IMG/VR virus record: IMGVR_UViG_3300028581_000010
Direction: 5' to 3' (one strand)
From: a virus
Taxonomy: Duplodnaviria; Caudoviricetes
DNA: 64,000 nt
Positions within the stretch are counted from its first letter, which is position 1; each line of letters begins with the position of its first letter. This document shows, one piece after another, positions 35,854-44,954 of this stretch. The position numbers were made by a program, and so were the translations under genes. Below the pieces are notes generated by a model. The model worked only from the letters and a program-made list of their open reading frames with translations, was not told the DNA's origin and made no database searches.

Positions 35854-37557
35854 ATGTTTGACCATGCTGATATTGAAAAGGCTGCAGCCCAGCTGTTTTC
35901 AAAGAAAACTGCCAAAGCTACATTCCTGGCGCGGCAGCTGATGTTGTCTACGCTGCCTGCGTCGTATTTTGTTGAGAATTATTTGTATGACAACGAGGGG
36001 CGTCTCCAGAGTCTGGAAGCGTTCCCTATGCTGAAGCAGGTTTATGACAACATGCCCCAGAAGTTGGTGCTGAAGTGCAGTCGTAAAACACTTAAGTCTA
36101 CGCTGATCAGCAATTTGATTTGTCTCAATTTGGTCAGATGGAACTATTATAAAATGATGTACGTGGGCCCCCAGGAGCTTACTGTGAAATATTTCTCGAG
36201 TAACTATTTACCCCCACGATTTGAAAGCCCGCGAGTCAAGAGACTGCTGGTTCAAGGGTGGGAAAAGAATGATGTCTTTGAAAAGATTCTCGGCGATACT
36301 AGGAGCAGCGTACTTTTTAGATACGTGAAAGATGATGCGACACGAACTCGTGGCCCCGCCATTGACTGTGTTGTGTACGATGAGGTTCAGGACATATTCT
36401 ATGACCAGATACAGATCGTACAGGAAACCATGGCGATGTCTCCGTTTAAACGTGAAATATTTGCAGGTACTCCGCTCGATACTACTAACACACTCACAAG
36501 GATCTGGAAACAGTCCAATCAGCTTGAGTGGATGATGCGGTGCAGTTGCAAACACTGGAACTCCCTCACCGAGGGAAATGAGCCGCTGCTGATGATTCAG
36601 CCCCACGGGCTTAGCTGCTCTAAATGTCTAAAGAAATTGAACTCCAGAGAGGGTGAGTGGGTTGCCACCAACCCCTCGGGCCACCTTCTGACAGGCTACC
36701 ATTTGGCACAGCCTATTCTACCACACTACAATGAGAGTGAGAAGGAATGGAAGGAAATCTACGATAAGGTGCATAGCGGTAGCAAGGATCTCAAGACAAT
36801 CATGAATGAGACCTTCGGGTTGACCTACGACATAGGCACCAAGCCGATTACCGAAGAAGAATTGCGCAAGCTATGTGTGCTTGGGCCTGTAGAGACCGGC
36901 ACAGACAAGCTTGCCATATGGACCAAGAACAAATCTAAATATAAGATCTACACTCTTGGTGTCGACTGGGGCGTATCTATGCACCAGTCAAGAACTGTCG
37001 TAACGGCAGGGGCGTTGCGCAATGACGGCGTCTACGAGGTCTACTTCTCTAAAATTTTCAAGGGATTTGATCATGAGGCGCATATTAAACAGATAGCTGA
37101 GTTGGCCAACAAGACAAAGTCTTATTGTGTTGCTGACTCGGGTCCCGACCCTATTCGGGGCATTAGTTTGTGCGAGCAGACCAGTCCGACAAGGTCTCAG
37201 CTCGCAGCGTATCGCAGGTCCAAGGTGATTCAATACACGGACCTGGGTGATTATGACTGGAGGCAGAACCGCTGGGTGCTGCACAGGTCGGACGTAATCT
37301 CTCTGGTTATGCGGCAACTTAAAGCCGGCAAGATTATCTTTCCTCAGTGGGACGACATGTCTGAATACATGCAGGACGTCCTCAACATCTATATCGAGGT
37401 CAAGGATGGCCTGTATGGGCAGGAACTAGTGTATGACCATCACGCCAAGCAGCCAGACGACGCTATGCACAGTCTTGTGTTCGCAGTCTGTGCGGCTTAT
37501 ATGGCTGCTGGTGATGCCTGCCTACTAGGGTCCAGCTCGTCCGCCAAGGAATTCTAA
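35854..37557 (+). CDS. terL: terminase large subunit (GpA-like)
   Basis: CSRKTLKST, YDEVQD, HLAQ, TFGL, GVDWG, DSGPD and PDDAMHS. Confidence 0.88.
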   Translation: MFDHADIEKAAAQLFSKKTAKATFLARQLMLSTLPASYFVENYLYDNEGRLQSLEAFPMLKQVYDNMPQKLVLKCSRKTLKSTLISNLICLNLVRWNYYKMMYVGPQELTVKYFSSNYLPPRFESPRVKRLLVQGWEKNDVFEKILGDTRSSVLFRYVKDDATRTRGPAIDCVVYDEVQDIFYDQIQIVQETMAMSPFKREIFAGTPLDTTNTLTRIWKQSNQLEWMMRCSCKHWNSLTEGNEPLLMIQPHGLSCSKCLKKLNSREGEWVATNPSGHLLTGYHLAQPILPHYNESEKEWKEIYDKVHSGSKDLKTIMNETFGLTYDIGTKPITEEELRKLCVLGPVETGTDKLAIWTKNKSKYKIYTLGVDWGVSMHQSRTVVTAGALRNDGVYEVYFSKIFKGFDHEAHIKQIAELANKTKSYCVADSGPDPIRGISLCEQTSPTRSQLAAYRRSKVIQYTDLGDYDWRQNRWVLHRSDVISLVMRQLKAGKIIFPQWDDMSEYMQDVLNIYIEVKDGLYGQELVYDHHAKQPDDAMHSLVFAVCAAYMAAGDACLLGSSSSAKEF

Positions 37558-37874
37558 TCCGCCACCAGAGGGGGATAGAGCAACAGACCGGCGGTCTCGT
37601 GCTGCCTTATCAGCTCCGCTACTTCTTTCGCGGATAGTATTCTATGTGGAGCTACCGAGGAGAAGAACACTCCGGCGCAGTGGCACAGTGTGCGTTTTAG
37701 GTAGGAGCGTGCTGTGGCCGCGGAGGTCCACGTCATTTCTCCTTTTTTACCGTAGACACGGATGCCTAACCACACTATGCCAACGCGCTTCTTATCCGTG
37801 GCGTTGTTCTGCTGGAGCTCCTTTACAAGCATTGCCAGCCTGTCCACCAACTTTTGCGAGATGTAGTCTTCCAT
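37554..37874 (-). CDS. hypothetical protein, paralogue of 37876-38184
   Basis: Shares VWLG.R......W...A......TL.H and EL...HE.AGLLLY with its neighbour. Confidence 0.7.
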   Translation of the reverse strand: MEDYISQKLVDRLAMLVKELQQNNATDKKRVGIVWLGIRVYGKKGEMTWTSAATARSYLKRTLCHCAGVFFSSVAPHRILSAKEVAELIRQHETAGLLLYPPLVAD

Positions 37875-37875
37875 A

Positions 37876-38184
37876 CTAAGGGTTGAGCTCTATGTACAGC
37901 AGCAGCCCAGCCGCCTCGTGGGCGTTCATAAGCTCACGGATATCGGACCGACGCAGTCGTCTAGGCGGCATCTGCTGCGGGTCCAATAGGCTGCGGTGCA
38001 GTAACGTCTTTACAATAGCCTCTTTAGCCCTGCCTATATGCGACCAGAAGCACTGTCCTGAGCCGCTAACGAACCTGTGCCCCAACCAAATCACCTGATA
38101 ACATTTGGCTAGAGGAGTAGGCAGAGTCTCCAGTATGCGTGCTACACTATACGTATAGCCTGGTGCGAGATAATCTTCAGCCAT
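37876..38184 (-). CDS. hypothetical protein, paralogue of 37554-37874
   Basis: Shares the same motifs with the 37554-37874 ORF. Confidence 0.7.
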   Translation of the reverse strand: MAEDYLAPGYTYSVARILETLPTPLAKCYQVIWLGHRFVSGSGQCFWSHIGRAKEAIVKTLLHRSLLDPQQMPPRRLRRSDIRELMNAHEAAGLLLYIELNP

Positions 38185-38186
38185 GA

Positions 38187-39359
38187 CTATGCCTTTCCAA
38201 AGCCCACGATTACCTTGTCCTCGTTCTGAATGCCGTGTTTGGGAGCATCCAGGTTATAGATCTCTGCCAGAGACATTGGGTCAGTGGCGGTGAACTGCTT
38301 GCCGAGGTGGTCGATCAACTTCTGGGCGTTCTCCTTGGAGAGTAGCTCGAACTCATGGCTGGCTTTGAGCCGACCCTGGCGCAGAAGCGCAGCGTCTATC
38401 TTCTCTCTGTCGGTGTTGAAGGTGGCTATTACAGATACCCCCAATGCCGAGCCTATAAAGCCGTCTGTGAGGTTTAGCACAGCCGACACTAGGGACGAGT
38501 TACCCTGGTCGTGATTACGGGCAAGGAGAGCCTTTTCCGCGTCTTCAATGACTAGTATGAGCCCCTTGTTGCCCATCAGCAACGGAAGCATCTCTGGGCT
38601 TGTCAGCGAATCGATCAGCCCTACTGGAACGTAGGCGATCTTGCGCTTGATATCACCGTTGAGGAGCTTCCTTATATAGGTGCTCTTGCCTGTGCCTGGT
38701 GCCCCGTAGAACAGATACAACCCGGAGTTGATCTTGTTGAGGCAGTCCACGATGTATTCGTCTTTCTCAACGAAGTCCTCACCGTAGTTCAGGGCGATAT
38801 CCAGCCCCTCCGTGCCTTGCATATCAATAGGCTGCAGCACCAACTCACCGTAGCTCTGCACGAGCATATACAGCAAGTTAGGCTTCTCCACGATGCGCCC
38901 ACCTACAAGGTCGATCAGCGTCGTCATGTCGAAGTTGAGCGGCACTGCGAAGTGTATGTTGGTATCGAAGTTACCCATATCCAGGTCGACCTCTTGGCTG
39001 GGAGGTAGCTCAGGAGCGTCCTCTTCCCCATAGAAGGCCGCCATACCTGCTTGAAAGCCTGTGCGGCTCTCCAGGTGTACACCAAGAATGCAGCGCTCGA
39101 AGGGTGTTCCCTCCTTGCCGACATACATGCCTTGGTCGATATAGATGTTTTCTACCTTTGTCACCTTTCTACCACATCCTCCATATATGGCAGAGACTAA
39201 CTCGAAGTGCGGAAGAAGCTTCTCCAGCACGTTCGTTTCTCGCCCAGGAAACCGGATCGTCTTGGGCAGTTCACCGAATAGTTTGTTAAAGAGGAAGTCG
39301 GGCGATACATGTCGTAACGCAGCTGCATTTTCGATACAATTTGCTAGGTTATAGCCCAT
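38187..39359 (-). CDS. AAA+ ATPase
   Basis: GAPGTGKS, VIEDAE, ATFN and ALLRQGRL. Confidence 0.9.
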   Translation of the reverse strand: MGYNLANCIENAAALRHVSPDFLFNKLFGELPKTIRFPGRETNVLEKLLPHFELVSAIYGGCGRKVTKVENIYIDQGMYVGKEGTPFERCILGVHLESRTGFQAGMAAFYGEEDAPELPPSQEVDLDMGNFDTNIHFAVPLNFDMTTLIDLVGGRIVEKPNLLYMLVQSYGELVLQPIDMQGTEGLDIALNYGEDFVEKDEYIVDCLNKINSGLYLFYGAPGTGKSTYIRKLLNGDIKRKIAYVPVGLIDSLTSPEMLPLLMGNKGLILVIEDAEKALLARNHDQGNSSLVSAVLNLTDGFIGSALGVSVIATFNTDREKIDAALLRQGRLKASHEFELLSKENAQKLIDHLGKQFTATDPMSLAEIYNLDAPKHGIQNEDKVIVGFGKA

Positions 39360-39913
39360 TAGTCTATTTTGTCTAAGTATTGTTTAACATGTTCAACACG
39401 AGCAGCAAAGAGCTCATTCAAGCTCGCGTTCTTCTCGTCGTTGTTGCACTCCACCTTCTCAGCCACGGCTGGAAGAATGGCATCCGGACACATGTCCGGC
39501 GGAGCACTGAAGCCGTAATCATAGAACAGCCGGCCTGCATATGCGCGCACCTCGGGAGAGAATTCTATCTTCTCGTGGCGTGTGAGATATGCGTCAGCCA
39601 TTCCAGAGACCATTTCCTCTACCTCCAGCGGCTCCAACGCATCAAACGTGGCGTGCTTGCCGTTGAAGAGATGCGTCATTGTTTCAAACGCATTAGGATT
39701 GTTCTCGTATTTGTCTGTCGTGAGCAGCAGTATCGCGGCCTGTATGCGGTCGGATTGCTGCTCTGTGAGCTCCATGTCGAACTCTTCGTTTAGTTGAAAG
39801 CGCAACATCTCGGGCTCCCAGTGGTAGCTTTCTACGCCGAGTTGGTGTGTCACCACCAGCAAAAGAGCCACGATTGGAGCGGATTGATCTTCTAGTACTT
39901 GTTTGTAGGTCAT
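39359..39913 (-). CDS. hypothetical protein
   Basis: Packed in the operon. Confidence 0.65.
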   Translation of the reverse strand: MTYKQVLEDQSAPIVALLLVVTHQLGVESYHWEPEMLRFQLNEEFDMELTEQQSDRIQAAILLLTTDKYENNPNAFETMTHLFNGKHATFDALEPLEVEEMVSGMADAYLTRHEKIEFSPEVRAYAGRLFYDYGFSAPPDMCPDAILPAVAEKVECNNDEKNASLNELFAARVEHVKQYLDKID

Positions 39914-39914
39914 G

Positions 39915-40520
39915 TTATTTCTTTGCGTAAGTTAGGTTTTTTACTACCTCGTACACGTCCAATGCTATGGCGTGTATTGTGGGCATGGCGAAGAGAGGTA
40001 TTGAGACGCTCGAGTATTTACCCTCCTCTGCCAGAATAGGTTCGGAGGTAACCGCCGAAGGATACCAGTCTGTCTGATAGCAGGCGTATCTGCCTACGCT
40101 TGGTTTGTTGCCGTCTCTCGGTAAGCGCAGCTCCAGTACACACCGCATATTTTGTTGCGGGCGTAGATGGTTGTGCTCGTCTTGAGCCTTAGCAAGATAG
40201 GCCTCCGCTTGCTTTCTGTGCTTATCCGGAGCTTTATCGTTGGCCACTGTTTCCTCGGCCGCTTTGACACGGGCTATCCAAGCGCGCTCCATATCCTCTG
40301 GCGACTGTTGGCCTAACACGGAGATGACGGGGCATATATGCTTGCCGTCCTCGATCTTTGCATGCACCTGAGCGATGATGCTTACGCCGGGATTTTTCTC
40401 CCACATCTGGTGCGGGCCCCATGAGTAGTTATCCCTAACGATAGGGTACACCACATTCTGCTTCTTTGCGATTTGTTCGATGGCTGTTGAATGCAGCCAG
40501 CATATGCTATAGTTTTCCAT
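39915..40520 (-). CDS. hypothetical protein
   Basis: Packed in the operon. Confidence 0.6.
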   Translation of the reverse strand: MENYSICWLHSTAIEQIAKKQNVVYPIVRDNYSWGPHQMWEKNPGVSIIAQVHAKIEDGKHICPVISVLGQQSPEDMERAWIARVKAAEETVANDKAPDKHRKQAEAYLAKAQDEHNHLRPQQNMRCVLELRLPRDGNKPSVGRYACYQTDWYPSAVTSEPILAEEGKYSSVSIPLFAMPTIHAIALDVYEVVKNLTYAKK

Positions 40521-41148
40521 TGTTGTTTGTAATCATCTCCAGATACTCGATGGTGGGCGCAAGAATATTACGCAGATACGTAATGTCTTCCTGAGTCACC
40601 TCCGTGCAATCTATCTTAGTTATTCCCTTGCCAGGTGTTAGTCCTGTGGGAAGATACGGGCGTACGCGAAAAATAGCTCCGTTTCCTGTATATTTGTGCA
40701 TGAGCACAGCAGCCGGACAGTAACGCACCCAGGCAAGGTTATACATGGCTTTCGCAGCAAAGCTGGCTATTGCTCGGTCGAATACATCGTTGTAATAACG
40801 ATCACCAGCTTCCGCCGCGGCATCTCTACGGTCTCCTATGAGTTTCAGCTGTGCGTCTATGCGCTCAACTTGCTCTGCTTGAGAAGGTAGAAACAAGGCC
40901 TGTGCGGACATAGTCGCGGTGTGTAACTGCCCTGACAACGTGACGCATACAAGTAGCTCCAAGCCTGCTTGCGCGGCATATTGAGCCTTAGCGGACAGTG
41001 TGTACTTCGAGGACAGATAGTTCTCAGCGTTGACACCCGCCACACCCATACTCTTCATGGGTACAACCATCTGATGTGGTATGAAATTATTAGCTTTGAC
41101 AAGCTTCTTAACTAAAGGAGTCTCTGCGTAGTATAGTAGGCTGTTCAT
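40507..41148 (-). CDS. hypothetical protein
   Basis: The start is taken at MNSLLYY. The upstream part of the track ORF overlaps a terminator and a tRNA-like sequence. Confidence 0.6.
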   Translation of the reverse strand: MNSLLYYAETPLVKKLVKANNFIPHQMVVPMKSMGVAGVNAENYLSSKYTLSAKAQYAAQAGLELLVCVTLSGQLHTATMSAQALFLPSQAEQVERIDAQLKLIGDRRDAAAEAGDRYYNDVFDRAIASFAAKAMYNLAWVRYCPAAVLMHKYTGNGAIFRVRPYLPTGLTPGKGITKIDCTEVTQEDITYLRNILAPTIEYLEMITNNNGKL

Positions 41149-41175
41149 AAAAGAAAACCCACCATTGCGGTGGGT
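41149..41175 (-). terminator. intrinsic terminator closing the tRNA cluster
   Basis: ACCCACC-GCAAT-GGTGGGT followed by TTTCTTTT. Confidence 0.75.
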
Positions 41176-41185
41176 GTTGTTGAAA

Positions 41186-41257
41186 TGGAGGCGTCCGTGG
41201 CTTGCGAGCACACAACTCCAACCGCAAAGTTGGTATTTTTCCTTAAACTATCGCGCC
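41186..41257 (-). pseudogene. degenerate tRNA-like sequence ending in CCA (isotype unclear)
   Basis: GGCGCGA..TAGTTTAAGGAAAAATA..CCAAC-TTTGCG-GTTGG..GACGCC-T-CCA. Only 4 bp of the acceptor stem pair, the anticodon loop is 6 nt and the T-arm is broken. Confidence 0.4.
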
Positions 41258-41317
41258 ATGTTGAGATTAATTTGGTTCAAGCTTTACAGAGAGTCGAACT
41301 CCTGTTAAATTGTTGAA

Positions 41318-41710
41318 ATGGACACATTACAACAAAAAATAACGCTCTTGCGTAAGGCAGGTAAGTCTTATAATGCAATAAGCGCGGAGCTAGGCTGCAG
41401 TAAGGGGACAGTATCCTATCATGTCGGCAAAGATGTTAAGCCTAAGCAGTACCGACGGATGCAGGAGCGTAGGGTATCGAACATAACAAAAGTAAAGCAA
41501 GCGCATGGAGGGAAATGTAGTGTTTGCGGCTACGCGCGTTGTCTAGCTGCCTTAGATTTCCACCACATAGATCCTTCTGTCAAAAAACATGAAGTGAGCT
41601 ACTCTCGGTATAGCGTCGAAAGGATGGCTACCGAGGCAGCTAAATGCGTACTGTTGTGCTCCAACTGTCACAGAGAGCTACACGCTGGGTTTATAGCATT
41701 ACCCAAATAA
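41318..41710 (+). CDS. HTH + HNH endonuclease inserted antisense in the tRNA cluster
   Basis: KSYNAISAELGCSKGTVSYH, CSVCGY..LDFHHIDP and CVLLCSNCHRELH. Confidence 0.9.
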   Translation: MDTLQQKITLLRKAGKSYNAISAELGCSKGTVSYHVGKDVKPKQYRRMQERRVSNITKVKQAHGGKCSVCGYARCLAALDFHHIDPSVKKHEVSYSRYSVERMATEAAKCVLLCSNCHRELHAGFIALPK

Positions 41711-41713
41711 GGT

Positions 41714-41786
41714 TGGTGTCGGGGCGTGGAATCGAACCACGAAAAGCGAGCTTATGAAACTCGCTGGGGTGCCAACCCTCCCCGAC
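41714..41786 (-). tRNA. tRNA with CAU anticodon (elongator Met or Ile2), reduced D-arm
   Basis: Acceptor GTCGGGG/CCCCGAC-A-CCA, anticodon loop TT-CAT-AA and T-arm CGTGG-TTCGATT-CCACG. Confidence 0.85.
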
Positions 41787-41792
41787 ATAAAT

Positions 41793-41868
41793 TGGCTGTT
41801 CGTCTTGGACTCGAACCAAGAACCTTCGTCTTAACAGGACGAGACTCTGCCAATTGAGTTAACGAACA
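41793..41868 (-). tRNA. tRNA-Asn(GUU)
   Basis: Canonical 76-nt cloverleaf, loop CT-GTT-AA, G73 and encoded CCA. Confidence 0.95.
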
Positions 41869-41871
41869 GTG

Positions 41872-41991
41872 TTTACGGCTCAGGTCGTTAAGTACTTGCG
41901 TTAGGTGCGGTTTAAGCCCTCTGCTTTGGGCGCGCGCCCGTCCGAGAGCTGTTACGCTGGCCTCCGCTTTCCTCCCCTCAATGACCGTAAA
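41872..41991 (-). ncRNA. unassigned 120-nt rod-like structured RNA
   Basis: Nested helices TTTACGG/CCGTAAA, TCA/TGA, AGG/CCT, GCGG/CCGC, AGGCC/GGCTT and CTC/GAG. Confidence 0.55.
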
Positions 41992-42004
41992 GTTTTTGAA
42001 AGTC

Positions 42005-43051
42005 TTAGATGGGTCTAACGCCGGACAACTCTTCGAAGAGTTTGACGTCGGATCTTGGCATCGTGGGAAGCACGTCGGCCAGTTTATTGAAGTCGTTCGG
42101 ATCAAGTTCCATACCAAAGGCTTCCTCGTATGTATCCTTGCCAACCTTGCACAGGTCGTCGAACTTGTATTTATTGCCGCTCATCTCGATGTAGTTCAGC
42201 TCGGAAGCTGTCTTCTCGATAGAGAGCGTGAAGATTTTATCAACAGGGTCGCCTAGCAGCGATGCCACCTTGACGTTGTCGTAAGCTCCCTCCATGTTCT
42301 CGACATGGTAGAGCACCTCAGCAAGCTTCATAACCTCATCCATGCTGGTCATGTTGGACAGATCAGCGCGAATGTCGTTATACAGCTTCACGTTGGCTTG
42401 TTTCTTAAGCTTCGTGGATCTACGCCAAATCTCTGCGTCTAGCCCGCCGAGGTCAGGGTAAAACATGCCCGCATACTTACACACCAAGTCAGGCAGGTCA
42501 TCCACGTTGAGATCCTCTGCCGCCTTAACCATGTTTTTACAGGTGTCGACGCGGGTCTCAAAAGGGAAGTTTCTGATGTTACTGACAAAGTCTTCTGCTG
42601 CTTTCTCCAGGTCGGAGGCGGTCTTAACCACGTACAAGTCAAAGGATTGGTCTCCAACCTTGAAGTTGCACATTGTTTTGGGTTCGTAATCTGCTGCTGT
42701 TTTCTGGTTGCGCTCGGCGCTGTAGGCCTCCAGGTCTTCGGTAATTCCGAAGATGTCTGCGGCCTCTTTTATACGATTTTCGAGCTTGCAAACGTAGGCT
42801 TCTCCGTATATCTTCTTAATATCCGCCTGCTTGTCCAGAAAGTAGGCGTTAGAAACAAATACTCTAGATGGACTGTTTAATGGATAGATACGACGCTCTG
42901 AATCCGCAAAGGCCTCTTTTGGGAGCCCGCCGAGGGTCAGCATGTCGTCCACTTCTGCAGTCTTTACATACTCCGGAAGCTCTGCGTCCGCAAGGAACGA
43001 GTACAGCTGCTTGCTGGAATAGTCTGTTTGTTGGTCAAATGATAGTCGCAT
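42005..43051 (-). CDS. hypothetical protein (possible virion protein)
   Basis: Starts at MRLSFDQ, 7 nt after a TGTG-TATAAT element at 43068-43059. Confidence 0.7.
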   Translation of the reverse strand: MRLSFDQQTDYSSKQLYSFLADAELPEYVKTAEVDDMLTLGGLPKEAFADSERRIYPLNSPSRVFVSNAYFLDKQADIKKIYGEAYVCKLENRIKEAADIFGITEDLEAYSAERNQKTAADYEPKTMCNFKVGDQSFDLYVVKTASDLEKAAEDFVSNIRNFPFETRVDTCKNMVKAAEDLNVDDLPDLVCKYAGMFYPDLGGLDAEIWRRSTKLKKQANVKLYNDIRADLSNMTSMDEVMKLAEVLYHVENMEGAYDNVKVASLLGDPVDKIFTLSIEKTASELNYIEMSGNKYKFDDLCKVGKDTYEEAFGMELDPNDFNKLADVLPTMPRSDVKLFEELSGVRPI

Positions 43052-43067
43052 ATCCATAATTATACAC

Positions 43068-44357
43068 ATGAGTCCTAACGTCTTCAACTCCAAAATCAAC
43101 CTTCCGAGCGTAGTTTCCAAGCTAGGTTTCTCTACCTCAGACTACGAATTTATCCGTATGCCTGTCTTCGGGTGGTTCGCCAAGTCCAAAAACTCCGACT
43201 TCATAGGCAATATCTTCAACTTCTTCGAGCCCGAGCAGTGGCCCAGGCTGTTCAGAATCATCAGCAAGGACTTCTCCGACTGCTACGACTTCAAGCTGCC
43301 CTACTCAGAGTATGCCGAGAGAAAGCTCTACAAGGAGCAGCTGACGCTCATGGAGTACCAGTCTGCCTGGCTGCTATCCAAGCACGAGGCCCGGACGCAT
43401 AGAATACGCCACAAGGGCGACGTCTGGTACGTGGAGGACGTCCTCAAGGATGTAGGCCTTCCTGCTCTACTGGAGAACGAGATAGGCTACCTGAGCGACA
43501 CGGTCATAAAGACCTTTCCTAAGCTGGACCTTACTACCAAGCAGCGCTACCAGAAGGTTATGGTTGTGCCCACGTTCTGCACGCCCAAGCATATAGCGTC
43601 TCTGGAGGTCTGCCGCATCAAGTCCATGGACGAGAGGGAGCTGGTCATAGAGAACGCCGAGAAGGGCTGGTACGGTAAGCACAACGTCGAAATCGTCAAG
43701 AATATGGACGAGCTCAAGATCAAGGTGGGTAACACCTGGGATTACAAGTGTGATTACTGGAACACCAAGCCTATAGAGATCTCGGATTCCATTGAAACAC
43801 ACCAACTTATAAAGATCTGGAGCGAAGCCAACCATACAGCCTTCACAAGAAGTCCGATCGATCTTTTAGTGGGCAAGGAAGGCACGGGCGATATAAAGCA
43901 CCATGTCGCACTCCTCAGCCATGCTCAAATACAGGAGCTAGAAAAAAAGACCGACCAGAAGTTGCTGGACTTCTGGGTGAAGTCCAAGGAGCAGCAGTTT
44001 GTTGTACACGACAATACGTTCATCAAGAGAGGAACAGCGTATTACATCATCAAAAAGAACAAGGATGAGGAGCAAATCTCCAACTTCTGCCTGGATATAG
44101 ACAAGATCAAGAAAAAGACGGATGCGGATGGCGAGGAGACATTCTACTGGTGCGGCAACATTCTGCACAACCAGGACGTTATTCCGTTCGAGATGAGCGA
44201 TCGCTACTTCACGTCGTGCTATCTCTTCGCCAAGGGCATGCGCAAGCAGTTCATGTCACTAGGCATAGGCATCCCGTTCATCAACGAGAAGTACATTAGG
44301 CAGCTGCTCAGTCTTATACAGCTGACGTGCTTCAACGTCAAGATAGAGAACGATTAG
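43068..44357 (+). CDS. hypothetical protein (weak primase/DUF927-like resemblance)
   Basis: 429-aa ORF with good coding character. The family call is tentative. Confidence 0.7.
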   Translation: MSPNVFNSKINLPSVVSKLGFSTSDYEFIRMPVFGWFAKSKNSDFIGNIFNFFEPEQWPRLFRIISKDFSDCYDFKLPYSEYAERKLYKEQLTLMEYQSAWLLSKHEARTHRIRHKGDVWYVEDVLKDVGLPALLENEIGYLSDTVIKTFPKLDLTTKQRYQKVMVVPTFCTPKHIASLEVCRIKSMDERELVIENAEKGWYGKHNVEIVKNMDELKIKVGNTWDYKCDYWNTKPIEISDSIETHQLIKIWSEANHTAFTRSPIDLLVGKEGTGDIKHHVALLSHAQIQELEKKTDQKLLDFWVKSKEQQFVVHDNTFIKRGTAYYIIKKNKDEEQISNFCLDIDKIKKKTDADGEETFYWCGNILHNQDVIPFEMSDRYFTSCYLFAKGMRKQFMSLGIGIPFINEKYIRQLLSLIQLTCFNVKIEND

Positions 44358-44438
44358 GCGCAGCAGGACTCGAACCTGCACGTCCTGATGGACAAGGGAT
44401 TTTAAGTCCCTTGCGTCTGCCAATTTCGCCATGCGCCC
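44355..44438 (-). tRNA. tRNA-Leu(UAA)
   Basis: GGGCGCA/TGCGCCT-A, loop CT-TAA-AA, long variable arm. No encoded CCA. Confidence 0.95.
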
Positions 44439-44447
44439 GAGTTATTG

Positions 44448-44954
44448 CTAGCCTGGAGCTACCCACCAGTAAGGTGTGTTATTGATCTTTGCCCATTTCG
44501 CAAAGCGCCACTTCTCACCGATGTAGTAGTTTCTGTAGGCCTCGACTACGTCATCGGCGTTTTTGTACTGGGCTGGCATAGCCTGATGGAATGGCGTTAG
44601 CTCGCCTTCCGGAAGCATATGAATCATTTTCCGCAGGTGGTCAATACCAGCCTCACAGAAATGCGCCCTGTCGTATCTGGCGGTATACTCCCAGCATAGA
44701 CCGAGTGCGTGCTCCGAGGCCCACTTGAAGTTAGCCTGGTTAGTACCCACCCATAGCGTGCAAGGATGATGAGGATAGCTCTCCTTGAGAGGCGCTCCTT
44801 TAGCTGTCAGCGGCATCTGCGCCGGAGTGGCTCCGTACCGTATTACGGCCGAGCCGAGCTGCTGGTATAGCTCGACACACATCTTGACCACGTGCTTATC
44901 ACAGTGATAGTGCGCGGCCAGAATAGGGTCTTTGTCTAAGACGAATATGTTCAA
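44448..44954 (-). CDS. denV: pyrimidine-dimer DNA glycosylase (DenV/endonuclease V-like)
   Basis: TTG start gives (M)NIFVLDKDP..AA..HCDKHVVKM..E..Q, HHPCTLWV, and YR.YY..EK. Confidence 0.82.
   Translation of the reverse strand: MNIFVLDKDPILAAHYHCDKHVVKMCVELYQQLGSAVIRYGATPAQMPLTAKGAPLKESYPHHPCTLWVGTNQANFKWASEHALGLCWEYTARYDRAHFCEAGIDHLRKMIHMLPEGELTPFHQAMPAQYKNADDVVEAYRNYYIGEKWRFAKWAKINNTPYWWVAPG

Noticed and set aside
17734-37557. Inteins in polymerase, helicases or terminase
   Set aside because: Protein lengths and motif spacing leave no room, and no intein splice-junction or embedded endonuclease motifs were seen.
41872-41991. RNase P RNA (GAGGAAAG ... GGCTTA resemblance)
   Set aside because: It lacks GAGGAAAGUCC and the P4 partner, is far too short, and folds as a simple rod.
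41752-42256. ORFs 41752-42144(-) and 41981-42256(+)
   Set aside because: They overlap tRNAs and structured RNA or lie antisense to a real gene, so they are shadow ORFs.
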